NCBI GenBank assembly: GCA_028279805.1
Contig: JANQMZ010000007.1
Coordinates: 660,001 to 692,000 of the forward strand
DNA length: 32,000 nt
Direction: 5' to 3'
Source: an archaeon
Lineage (GTDB): Archaea > Iainarchaeota > Iainarchaeia > Iainarchaeales > JANQMZ01
The notes under the pieces: generated by a model
What the model was told of the DNA's origin: nothing
What the model saw: only the letters and a program-made list of their open reading frames with translations
Database searches by the model: none
Part shown: in pieces, positions 1-8,253 of the stretch
Layout: each line of letters begins with the position of its first letter
Numbering within the stretch: position 1 is the stretch's first letter
Translations under genes and position numbers: made by a program

Positions 1-420
1 AAATCTTACAGGGAACAAACAAGCCCTGATTTTGGCAACATAAAACTTTCAACATTAAAATATGATGCAAGCAACGGAAAAGAGTTTTTTATTTCACTGG
101 AAGACAAAAAAACCGATACCTTGTTCGGTTTTTGCAGGTTAAGAATTTTGCCTCAAAATGTTAAAACGTTTGGTTCTTTTGATTCCATTATTCGTGAATT
201 AAGAATTTTTGGAGAATCCCTGTCCATAGGCTCAAGAAATGAAAAAGCCTCACAGCACAAGGGAATGGGCGTTAAACTGGTAAAAGAAGCGGAAAAAATA
301 GCAAAAGAAGACTTTGATTCAAAGGAGATTGCGGTTATTGCCGGCTTGGGTGTTAAAGAGTATTACAGAAAATTTTTTAATTTTGAAAACTCGGGTTTTT
401 TGATGTCAAAAAGGATTTAA
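1..420 (+). CDS. elp3: Elongator-type Elp3, C-terminal GNAT part (5' truncated by window edge)
   Basis: Frame 1 is open from base 1 (KSYREQTSPDFGNIKLSTLKYDASNGKEFFISLEDKKTDTLFGFCRLRIL...) and ends HKGMGVKLVKEAEKIAKEDFDSKEIAVIAGLGVKEYYRK, the typical Elp3 C-terminus. Confidence 0.85.
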   Translation, partial: KSYREQTSPDFGNIKLSTLKYDASNGKEFFISLEDKKTDTLFGFCRLRILPQNVKTFGSFDSIIRELRIFGESLSIGSRNEKASQHKGMGVKLVKEAEKIAKEDFDSKEIAVIAGLGVKEYYRKFFNFENSGFLMSKRI

Positions 421-446
421 TATTTTTCAACCTGTTTTTTTGCACA

Positions 447-803
447 ATGTTTGAAATTTTTATAGCCATTATTGTACTTTTAATAATAATAATTTTTTTT
501 CTTTTTTTAAATTTTCAGAAAACAAAAAAAGAACTTTCTGATTTAAAATTTTTAAAATCCTCCCAGTCTGTCAAATATGGAAAAATAACTGAACAATGGA
601 TGCCTTTTTTGGAGTCTTTTCCTTATGATCCGGGAAATTTCAGGTTTTTGGGTTCTCCTATTGACGGAGTTGCTTTTAATGAAGATAAAATTATTTTTTT
701 GGAATTCAAATTTTCAGGTTCACAGCTTAACAAAAAGCAAAAAAAAGTTAAAGAATTAGTTAAAGACAAAAAAGTTGAATGGAAGGAAATCAGAATCAAT
801 TAA
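447..803 (+). CDS. Membrane-anchored endonuclease distantly related to archaeal Holliday junction resolvases
   Basis: N-terminal TM helix followed by GSPIDGVAFNEDKIIFLEFKFSGSQLNKKQKKVKELV, the D...E-x-K nuclease pattern of this family. Confidence 0.75.
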   Translation: MFEIFIAIIVLLIIIIFFLFLNFQKTKKELSDLKFLKSSQSVKYGKITEQWMPFLESFPYDPGNFRFLGSPIDGVAFNEDKIIFLEFKFSGSQLNKKQKKVKELVKDKKVEWKEIRIN

Positions 804-2353
804 CATTCATATGTTCTGTCTTTTTTTCCTTTTTTTAAATTATTAACTGCAAGTTTGATAAGTTTTTGTCCTCCTGGTGTAGGATATTCTCCTGTCAGGC
901 AGGCAGTACATAATTCTTTTTTTGGTTTTCCTATTGCTTTAACCAGATCTTCAACTGTCTGGTAAATTAATGAATCTGCTTTCAGATATTTTCTTATTTT
1001 TTCAATTAGTTTTGGGTTGCGCTCTTTTAATGCTTTTACCATTTCATCCGGTTTTCTGTAACGGTTTGCAACAAGTTCATTTAATGTACTCATGTCTATT
1101 CCGTAAAAGCACGGATACATTATGGGCGGACAGCAAACTCTTAAGTGAACTTCTTTTGCTCCTCCGCTTTTAATATGTTCAACAAGCATTTTTGAAGTTG
1201 TTCCCCTTACAACACTGTCATCCACTAAAAACACTTTTTTGCCTTTCAAAACGCTTTTATTTAAAATAAACTTGTTTTTTACTTTTGCTGCTCTTTCGCT
1301 TGGTTCAATAAATGTTCTTCCCACAGACCTGTTTCTTATCAGCCCTTCCATTGAAGGCAAACCCAATTCCAATGCAAATGCGTCTGCTGCCGGTTTTGCA
1401 GTGTCCGGTGCGGGCACAACAATATATTCATCTGAATTAACTTTTTCTGTTTCTCTTTTTGCAAGATTTTTGCCCAGATTCCATCTTACTTTGTAAACTT
1501 CTTCTCCGTCAATTTTTGATGAAACGTTTGCAAAATAAACCCATTCAAACATGCAGTGTGCTGTTTTTTTGTTTTTTGCATATCTTTTTTTTTCAAATCC
1601 TGACCCGTTGAATAAAATCATTTCTCCCGGCTTAACATCTTTCATTTTTTCCACTCCGACGCTTGCCAGTGCCACTGATTCGCTTGCAGCCATTGCCGCA
1701 TGCCCGTTTTTTCCAAAAATAAGAGGGCGGAATCCGATTGGATCCCGGGATATTGCAACCTGCCCATCCGCATTAATAAAATTAATATTGTATGCTCCGT
1801 CCAATTCTCTTGAAAGAGAATTAAAAACATCTTTTAATGATTTTTTTTTGTCTCCAACAAATTCTTTTGAAATGTAATGCATTAATAATTCCGTGTCAGT
1901 TTGCCTCACCAGATGATATTGTTTTTTTTTAAGCCTTGTTTTTAAATCAGAATAATTTGCTATATTCCCGTTTAATCCGAAGGAAAACCATTTCCATTTT
2001 CTTCCATGCTGCCTTTCAAAAGGCTGTGCATAATCGGATTCATTTTTTCCTGATGTGGCATAACGCACATGCCCTATGCCCTTGCTTCCTTTCATTTTTG
2101 CAACAATGCTTTTGTTTTTTCCTTCATGATGTGTTTTAAAAACCTGGTTAACCAGTCCCAAACCTTTATGGGTTTTTATCAACCTGTCTCTTTCAGAATT
2201 ATATGTTGTTATTCCTGCACTTAATTGTCCTCTGTTTTGCTGTTGTAACAACAATCCGTACAAATAGTGTGTAGCCCAGCTTTTTGGCCATTTTTTTTCG
2301 GGGCCAAAAAGGCTTACTGCAGCCAAACCACAATTATGGTGTAAGTCTTCCAT
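800..2353 (-). CDS. purF: Amidophosphoribosyltransferase (ORF can extend to 2365)
   Basis: Short propeptide MEDLHHN before CGLAAV; GHVRYATSG; PRPP loop VFLVDDSVVRGTTSK; C-terminal LCTACLTGEYPTP. Confidence 0.93.
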   Translation of the reverse strand: MEDLHHNCGLAAVSLFGPEKKWPKSWATHYLYGLLLQQQNRGQLSAGITTYNSERDRLIKTHKGLGLVNQVFKTHHEGKNKSIVAKMKGSKGIGHVRYATSGKNESDYAQPFERQHGRKWKWFSFGLNGNIANYSDLKTRLKKKQYHLVRQTDTELLMHYISKEFVGDKKKSLKDVFNSLSRELDGAYNINFINADGQVAISRDPIGFRPLIFGKNGHAAMAASESVALASVGVEKMKDVKPGEMILFNGSGFEKKRYAKNKKTAHCMFEWVYFANVSSKIDGEEVYKVRWNLGKNLAKRETEKVNSDEYIVVPAPDTAKPAADAFALELGLPSMEGLIRNRSVGRTFIEPSERAAKVKNKFILNKSVLKGKKVFLVDDSVVRGTTSKMLVEHIKSGGAKEVHLRVCCPPIMYPCFYGIDMSTLNELVANRYRKPDEMVKALKERNPKLIEKIRKYLKADSLIYQTVEDLVKAIGKPKKELCTACLTGEYPTPGGQKLIKLAVNNLKKGKKDRTYEC

Positions 2354-2397
2354 AAAAAGCCACATATGATTCTGCTTGGAAAAGCTTTAAAGACTGC

Positions 2398-3438
2398 TTA
2401 CGATATTTTGAATCTTAACAGGGCGGCAATGCTTCCAAGGCTTTCCAGTTTTTTTCCGGCTTCATTTTTTGAATTGATTATGTGCACATTTGAGTTTTTT
2501 TTCTCGGATTCTGCCATTATTTTTTGCACGGTTTCATTTTTTTTCAAAAAATATTTATCGGAAACAATTAATGTTTCAATTGCTCCCAAATTGTTTGCGT
2601 TTTCCACATCTTTTAATCCGTAAACGTATAATCCTGATTGTTTTCCTATTTCTATGAAAAGTTTTTCAACAAGCTTTGTTTCTCTTAACAATTCCATGTC
2701 TTTTACAACGGAACTTATTTGTTTTCCCTGTAATAACTCGTTTATTCCCGGGGTTCCGGTTGAACCTATTGCAAATGAATAAATTTTTGCTTCAAAATTG
2801 TTTTCTTTAAAATATTCATTTAATTCTTCTCTCATAAAACCCGGCCCGGCCATTATGACTTTTTTTGGTTTTGTTTCATTTGTTTTGCTTAATATTTGTT
2901 TAAAGTATTCATGTTTCCAGTTTAATTCTTTAAACTGTTTTCCCTGTTTTTTTGACCTGATGTTTGCTTTTTCCTGCACTCCGAATTCTTTTAAAATGTA
3001 AAAATATGCCGATTCATCATCCAAGATTATTACAAACAATGGTTCTTTGTGTGTTGCTTTTTCTGCTTTTTTTATTCTTTCAATGTGAAAATTTTTCCAT
3101 TCTTTTTTTATTATTTCAAGTTTTTGCCCTTTTTCAACATCCAAGCTATGATATACTCCTAATTCTGTTAATTCTTCCGGCTTTCCCCATGTTATTTTTC
3201 CGTTAATATTCAAAGATTCTCCTGTTTCCCTGTATTCAATGCTTTCAACTTCTATTTGAACAAACATTTTTTCCCTGATTGTTTTTTCTCCTTCCTCTTT
3301 TCCTTTTATTTTCCTCGAAGTTTTACCTTTAACCAAATCTCCTTTTTCTATTATTCTTTCCAGGTGCCAAAAATCGTCCAGTGTTTCAGGTCTTAGAATT
3401 ATTTTTTTTTCTTTTTGGCTTGTTTTTAACAATTTCAT
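2398..3438 (-). CDS. pelA: mRNA surveillance protein Pelota
   Basis: N-terminal MKLLKTSQKEKKIILRPETLDDFWHLERIIEKGDLV; central IMAGPGFMREEL; C-terminal GAIETLIVSDKYF. Confidence 0.9.
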   Translation of the reverse strand: MKLLKTSQKEKKIILRPETLDDFWHLERIIEKGDLVKGKTSRKIKGKEEGEKTIREKMFVQIEVESIEYRETGESLNINGKITWGKPEELTELGVYHSLDVEKGQKLEIIKKEWKNFHIERIKKAEKATHKEPLFVIILDDESAYFYILKEFGVQEKANIRSKKQGKQFKELNWKHEYFKQILSKTNETKPKKVIMAGPGFMREELNEYFKENNFEAKIYSFAIGSTGTPGINELLQGKQISSVVKDMELLRETKLVEKLFIEIGKQSGLYVYGLKDVENANNLGAIETLIVSDKYFLKKNETVQKIMAESEKKNSNVHIINSKNEAGKKLESLGSIAALLRFKIS

Positions 3439-3478
3439 ATTATTTTTTTAATGGAAAATTGTTTTAAAGCCGTTCAAA

Positions 3479-4141
3479 TTACCGGCTTTTGAGCCATGTT
3501 AGAATCAGAATTATTGAAACTGCAAATAAAATTATTCCAAGAATAAAAAACAGGTCAAACCCTGTCTGTGTAAGCCCTGCTGTTTGTGTTGCTATTTCGT
3601 TTGTTCCTTCCTGAACAATTTCATCAGTTATAACTTCTTTTGCTGTTTCTTCAGCTGTTTTTGTTGTTGTGTCAGTAATTGCCTCTTCTCCGACAGTTCC
3701 CCCAGCAGTGATATCAATAGTGCCGCTTTCCATGACATTCCCTGTTACATCACCGTCAACGGAGAATTCCGTGCCTGATGTTTGCATGCCTGATTGCGGC
3801 AAAATTCTGTTCACTGATGAATACATGAAAGAAAATGTTCCGAGTACCGCTGCGACAATTGATGACAATAATAAGATTATTTTTTTTCCTCCGCCTCCGA
3901 TTAAATCTTTGCCGCCTGATGTTAATTCATAGTAAACCCATTTGTTTCCGTTTTCTTTTTTTGTGATTAAGTTTTCCTGAACCAGTTTTGCCAGATGTTC
4001 ATGAACTGTGGATTTTGATAATTTGAATTCTGCTGCCAGTTCCGAAACTGTTTTTCTTCTTGAATTTAAAGATTTTAATATTTTTATTCTTGAATCTGAG
4101 GACAAAACCTTCATTGTTTCAGGTGTTATGGCCGGTTCCAT
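3479..4141 (-). CDS. ArsR-like winged-helix regulator with two C-terminal TM segments
   Basis: LSSDSRIKILKSLNSRRKTVSELAAEFKLSKSTVHEHLAKLVQENLI wHTH domain; hydrophobic segments KKIILLLSSIVAAVLGTFSFMY and FDLFFILGIILFAVSIILILTWL. Confidence 0.85.
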   Translation of the reverse strand: MEPAITPETMKVLSSDSRIKILKSLNSRRKTVSELAAEFKLSKSTVHEHLAKLVQENLITKKENGNKWVYYELTSGGKDLIGGGGKKIILLLSSIVAAVLGTFSFMYSSVNRILPQSGMQTSGTEFSVDGDVTGNVMESGTIDITAGGTVGEEAITDTTTKTAEETAKEVITDEIVQEGTNEIATQTAGLTQTGFDLFFILGIILFAVSIILILTWLKSR

Positions 4142-4193
4142 TAAACAATTTTTTTGGAAAGATTATTTAAGTTTTTTTAAAGCTATTTTTTTG

Positions 4194-5024
4194 GTGAATT
4201 TAAAAGAATTATTTACAAACAGTCAAAAACTGCAGGAATTAAAACTCAATACTCCTGAAAAGAACTCAATTGAAGCTTTAAACAAGGCTTATCAGTTATC
4301 GCTTGAAGAATCATGCAGGGGAATAAAAAAAGCAGCTGTTTTGTTTTCAGGAGGCATTGATTCTTTTTTTGTTGCAAAAACTTTGACTGAAAAAATTCCT
4401 GACATAAAACTGTTTTGTGCCGGAACCCAAAATTCTTCCGCTTTAAAAAATGCTCAGAATGCCGCCAAAATGCTTGAAAAAGAGCTCATTCAAATTGTTA
4501 TTGATGAAAAAAGCCTGCCTGTTTTGGAAAAAAAAGTTTTTCAAATTCTTAAAACAAAAATGCCCATGCAGCTGTCAATAGGCTTAACAGAATTTGCAGC
4601 CTTGCAGGAAATAAAAAAACATTCTCTGATAAATGTTTTTTGCGGGCAAGGCTCTGATGAAATGTTTTGCGGTTATCAGGAATTCGAAACAATTTTGAAG
4701 CAAAAAGGATTTGACGCGGTTCAAGAAGAATGCTGGAACAAAATTTTTAACATGTTTGAAAGAAACCTGAAAAGAGATTTTGCAATTGCTGACAATTTTT
4801 CATTAAAATTAATTGCCCCATTTTTGCATCCTGATTTTATAAAACAGGCAATGGCTTTTCCTGCGGAAGAAAAAATTTTATCACCTGAAGACGAATTAAG
4901 AAAGCATCCGATTAGAAAACTGGCAAAACTTTATAATGTTCCTGAAGACATTGTTAATAAAAGAAAAAAAGCAATGCAATACGATTCAGGCGTTGCCAAT
5001 GCTTTAAAAAAAATTAACGGCTAG
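4194..5024 (+). CDS. Stand-alone asparagine synthase-like (PP-loop ATPase) domain protein; probable GTG start at 4194
   Basis: SGGIDS PP-loop, GQGSDEMFCGYQEF, C-terminal RKHPIRKLAKLYNVPEDIVNKRKKAMQYDSGV; no N-terminal glutaminase domain. Track start 4008 overlaps the divergent wHTH gene. Confidence 0.8.
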   Translation: MNLKELFTNSQKLQELKLNTPEKNSIEALNKAYQLSLEESCRGIKKAAVLFSGGIDSFFVAKTLTEKIPDIKLFCAGTQNSSALKNAQNAAKMLEKELIQIVIDEKSLPVLEKKVFQILKTKMPMQLSIGLTEFAALQEIKKHSLINVFCGQGSDEMFCGYQEFETILKQKGFDAVQEECWNKIFNMFERNLKRDFAIADNFSLKLIAPFLHPDFIKQAMAFPAEEKILSPEDELRKHPIRKLAKLYNVPEDIVNKRKKAMQYDSGVANALKKING

Positions 5025-5499
5025 CTTCAGTTTCCCCTGAAAAAACATCTGTAACATTGCAGTTTCCTGAAACACTTTTTCTCGAATTTGCTGTTTCCTC
5101 ATAAAAAACATCAAGCTTTTCTCCCAAATTTGTTGAACATGAAACATTATACAAAACATTAACTGTTGCTCCCGGAGAAACATTCAAACCGGAATAATTA
5201 CAGTTAACCCCCTGTTCTTTCAAATCATTTATAACATTGTCATAATATTGCGTTATCATATTTGAAACATTTGAATTGACATTACAGCCATTAGGTTCAG
5301 CATGATCCAGAATTGCGTCACTTGTTGTTCTGTCCAGTAAAATTTTTGTTGAAAAAACCTGTTTTTTTGATTCAAGAATAATGCTGGAATAAGCACTTGT
5401 ATCATTTAAAGTCTGGGTCATGCTGTTCATTGTTATAAGTGTGGCTAATACAAGCAGGGCTCCTGCCCCGATTAAAAGCGTGTAACTTCCTTTTTTCAT
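5014..5499 (-). CDS. Pilin-like secreted/membrane protein
   Basis: MKKGSYTLLIGAGALLVLATLI N-terminal KKG plus hydrophobic helix; four Cys in the extracellular part; co-directional with three similar ORFs. Confidence 0.6.
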   Translation of the reverse strand: MKKGSYTLLIGAGALLVLATLITMNSMTQTLNDTSAYSSIILESKKQVFSTKILLDRTTSDAILDHAEPNGCNVNSNVSNMITQYYDNVINDLKEQGVNCNYSGLNVSPGATVNVLYNVSCSTNLGEKLDVFYEETANSRKSVSGNCNVTDVFSGETEASR

Positions 5500-5787
5500 T
5501 CATTCACCACAGTATAATTTTGCTTCAAAGCCCTGGTATCCCGTTCCGCTTGCGTTATTGTAAACAAATGCTTTTCCGCAGTAATATGTTTCAGCTTCAC
5601 TTGTTTTTTTTTCTGAAATTTTTGAATAGTAGCCCATAAAAGCATCATCTGATTGTTTTTTCACTGTTGATTCAAATTCTGAATTTTTTGACTGAATATT
5701 AACCGCAAATAAGGACAAAACAATTGCAACCATTATCAGTGCAACAATTGCATCAATTGTAAAAATCATTCCTTTTTTCATTTCCAC
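5500..5787 (-). CDS. Pilin-like protein, degenerate class III signal peptide
   Basis: MEMKKGMIFTIDAIVALIMVAIVLSLFAVNI; two Cys. Confidence 0.65.
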   Translation of the reverse strand: MEMKKGMIFTIDAIVALIMVAIVLSLFAVNIQSKNSEFESTVKKQSDDAFMGYYSKISEKKTSEAETYYCGKAFVYNNASGTGYQGFEAKLYCGE

Positions 5788-6266
5788 ACCTTTAAAGTCA
5801 TTTCAGTTTGAGGCAATGCACACGTTCCGCCATAAATGCATTGCATTAAAACAGATTTTGAAACAGAGCCTGATGCTGTTAAAACTTTTCTTTTTTCCGA
5901 ATAAATATTTTCAGCGTTTAGCGGATTTGACGAGCCTCTTGTTCCGCCGCTCCATGTCAGTCGCCATTCATATTCTTCGGGAATTCCTAAAACATTTTCA
6001 ACCTCTGAATCAGTGCCAATGTTTTGAAGATTAATACAGTTTGCAATTTTATAATTTTGCTGTGCTATTTCACAGTTTATTGAATTTGACGAAACAAGAT
6101 TTTCAGAGGCAGCAGAACCAACACTTTTTAATTCCCTAAAAATGTTTTCCTGTTTTTTTTCATAGGAATTTCCTTCAACAAACTGAACAAGCAGGCCTAA
6201 TGCAATAACAATTAATCCTATTGAAATCAAAAAGTCTAATGAAATAATTTGCCCTTTTTTATTCAA
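5778..6266 (-). CDS. Class III signal peptide-containing pilin-like protein
   Basis: MNKKGQIISLDFLISIGLIVIALGLLV; four Cys; overlaps neighbours on both sides. Confidence 0.7.
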   Translation of the reverse strand: MNKKGQIISLDFLISIGLIVIALGLLVQFVEGNSYEKKQENIFRELKSVGSAASENLVSSNSINCEIAQQNYKIANCINLQNIGTDSEVENVLGIPEEYEWRLTWSGGTRGSSNPLNAENIYSEKRKVLTASGSVSKSVLMQCIYGGTCALPQTEMTLKVWK

Positions 6267-6652
6267 ATATTTGCCACCTCAAGTGTTTGTCCGCAGGCAG
6301 AATTTGAAATGTTTACATTTGGTTTTCTGAATGGAATTTCTTCCGAAATATTTCCCGATGTTATAATTATTTTACTGTTTTGAATGTCAACAGAACAATC
6401 AATTTTTTCAGAGCCAGGAGTGGAAATGTAAGGCACTTTGAATTTTATTGTAAAATTTTCACCTTCAAGAGAACGTGCACTTGAAACTATTTCGCTTATG
6501 CTTAACGCAATATTTTTTTGCTGAAATCTTATGCTTGTTTCTCCCTGGTTTAACTGAAAATCGGTTAAAGTTGTCTGCAAAAACCAGGCTATTGCAATAA
6601 AGCCCAGAATTGCCATTAAAAAATCAAAACTAATTTGCCCTTTTTTTTTCAT
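6263..6652 (-). CDS. Class III signal peptide-containing pilin-like protein
   Basis: MKKKGQISFDFLMAILGFIAIAW, canonical KGQxSxDF motif; two Cys; 4-nt overlap with next gene. Confidence 0.78.
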   Translation of the reverse strand: MKKKGQISFDFLMAILGFIAIAWFLQTTLTDFQLNQGETSIRFQQKNIALSISEIVSSARSLEGENFTIKFKVPYISTPGSEKIDCSVDIQNSKIIITSGNISEEIPFRKPNVNISNSACGQTLEVANI

Positions 6653-6684
6653 GTTAAAATTTGGAATAATCAGTATTTAATCAT

Positions 6685-7884
6685 TTAGGCGCCTAAAAGC
6701 TCTGCTTTTCCTGAAAGATTCATTATTTCAGGCATTATCTGCATTCCGATAATTCTGTGCAATCCGCCTTTTGCACAACTCCTCTCCCCAAATTCTTTAA
6801 CCGAATCTGTTCTTACCCCCGGACCGCAAAAAACTATGGGCACCGGATCCCCTGAATGTGCTTTTAATTCGCATGGTGTTGAATGGTCTGCAGTAACAAC
6901 AATCAGCGTGTTTTTTAATCCTGTCAAAACTTCTGCTGCTTTGTCAATTTTTTCAATAAATTCTTTTTTTGCTTTTGCATCCCCGTTTTCCCCGCATAAA
7001 TCCGTTCCTTTTATGTGCACAAAAACAAAATCATTTTCTTTTAATGCTTTTATTGCTGAATCAAATTTTGCATCAATATTTGTATCAAGTTTTCCGGTTG
7101 CTTCTTTAACATCAACAATTTTCATTCCGATAGCCTTTGATATTCCTTTGTATAATCCTGCGCCTGCAACACAAACAGATTTTAATCCGTATTTTTCCTG
7201 CATTGAAGGAATTTCCAAAAACTCTCCGGCGCCCCGTGTTAACAAATAATTTGCTTTTAATTTTCTTTTTTTATTTTCTGAATGTTTTTCCAGAATTTTA
7301 TGGGTTTTTTCCAAAAATTGGTTTAAAATTCGGGCTGTAAATTCTGCTTCTTCACTTTCATCCAATGCTTTTACTTTTAAAACATTTTTTTCAGTTTCAT
7401 GCGGGTCAGAATCGCTTATGTTTGGACTTAATTTTTTGCCACGCATTACAATTGCAACCCTGTGTCCTGTTCCTGCTTTTACAATAAATTCAATTCCTTC
7501 GATTTTTATTCCCTGTAATTCTTTTTCAAATAATTTGCTTTCAATTCTTCCGGCTCTTCTGTCTTTAATTGTTCCATTTTCAACTGTTCCAAGATTTGCT
7601 CTTAATGCAACATCTCCTTTTTTTAAATCAAGTCCTATGCCCAATGCTTCAAAAGGTCCTCTTCCTGAATAATATTCGTTAATATTGTATCCAAATATTG
7701 ACAAATGTGAAACATCTGAACCGGGCCTCACAGGAAAAATTATTGAATTCATTAAACCATTGATTCCCCTTTCAGCCAGTTTATCCAGATTAGGTGTTTT
7801 TGCTTCTTCAAGCGGAGTTTTTCCTCTGAATTCTTTTATTGGCCTGTCCCCAATTCCGTCACATATAACAAGTAAGGTTTTCAT
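6685..7884 (-). CDS. apgM: 2,3-bisphosphoglycerate-independent phosphoglycerate mutase, archaeal type
   Basis: LLVICDGIGDRPIKEFRGKTPLEEAKTPNLDKLAERGINGLM; SHLSIFGYN; TADHSTPCELKAHSGDPVPIV. Confidence 0.93.
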   Translation of the reverse strand: MKTLLVICDGIGDRPIKEFRGKTPLEEAKTPNLDKLAERGINGLMNSIIFPVRPGSDVSHLSIFGYNINEYYSGRGPFEALGIGLDLKKGDVALRANLGTVENGTIKDRRAGRIESKLFEKELQGIKIEGIEFIVKAGTGHRVAIVMRGKKLSPNISDSDPHETEKNVLKVKALDESEEAEFTARILNQFLEKTHKILEKHSENKKRKLKANYLLTRGAGEFLEIPSMQEKYGLKSVCVAGAGLYKGISKAIGMKIVDVKEATGKLDTNIDAKFDSAIKALKENDFVFVHIKGTDLCGENGDAKAKKEFIEKIDKAAEVLTGLKNTLIVVTADHSTPCELKAHSGDPVPIVFCGPGVRTDSVKEFGERSCAKGGLHRIIGMQIMPEIMNLSGKAELLGA

Positions 7885-8246
7885 TTTACAACCCAGTTAA
7901 TTTCTTTGCCATTTGTGTCATACAAAGCGCAGCTATCCAAATTAAAGGGGTATGCAATTATTAAATGTATTTTTCCCGTTTTTTTAAAAGTGCTTAAATC
8001 TGCTCTTGAAGGCCGGTTATTCGGGGTCGGATGGGAATGAACGCTGCCCAAAATGGTTTTGTCTATGGGAATTTTTCCAAGTTCAAAATGAACAAGTTCT
8101 TTTCCGTAACTTGCCGGAATTACAACAAATTCGTCAACAAAATTGTTTTTCTGAGTACTCCCTAGTAATGCTAAAAATTCTCGTGGATACGTGTTTTTTG
8201 CCGCTTCAAACAAATCTTCAATTATTTCTTTTTTAAATTCAATCAT
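7881..8246 (-). CDS. JAB/MPN (JAMM) metalloprotease domain protein (ORF can extend to 8252)
   Basis: JAMM motif VHSHPTPNNRPSRADL with an upstream Glu (PREFLALL). Confidence 0.85.
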   Translation of the reverse strand: MIEFKKEIIEDLFEAAKNTYPREFLALLGSTQKNNFVDEFVVIPASYGKELVHFELGKIPIDKTILGSVHSHPTPNNRPSRADLSTFKKTGKIHLIIAYPFNLDSCALYDTNGKEINWVVK

Positions 8247-8253
8247 GTTCAAA

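Noticed and set aside
970-2139. Plus-strand ORFs 970..1173, 1239..1496, 1551..1877, 1936..2139 (and minus 1642..1830)
   Set aside because: They lie inside the well-supported purF gene, mostly antisense, with no recognisable domains; shadow ORFs.
4008-4193. Upstream extension of the asparagine-synthase-like ORF from 4008
   Set aside because: It overlaps the start of the divergent wHTH gene and the promoter region; the GTG at 4194 fits the spacing better.
6836-7900. Plus-strand ORFs opposite apgM (6836..7249, 7418..7672, 7685..7900, 7137..7340)
   Set aside because: Antisense shadow ORFs of a strongly conserved gene.
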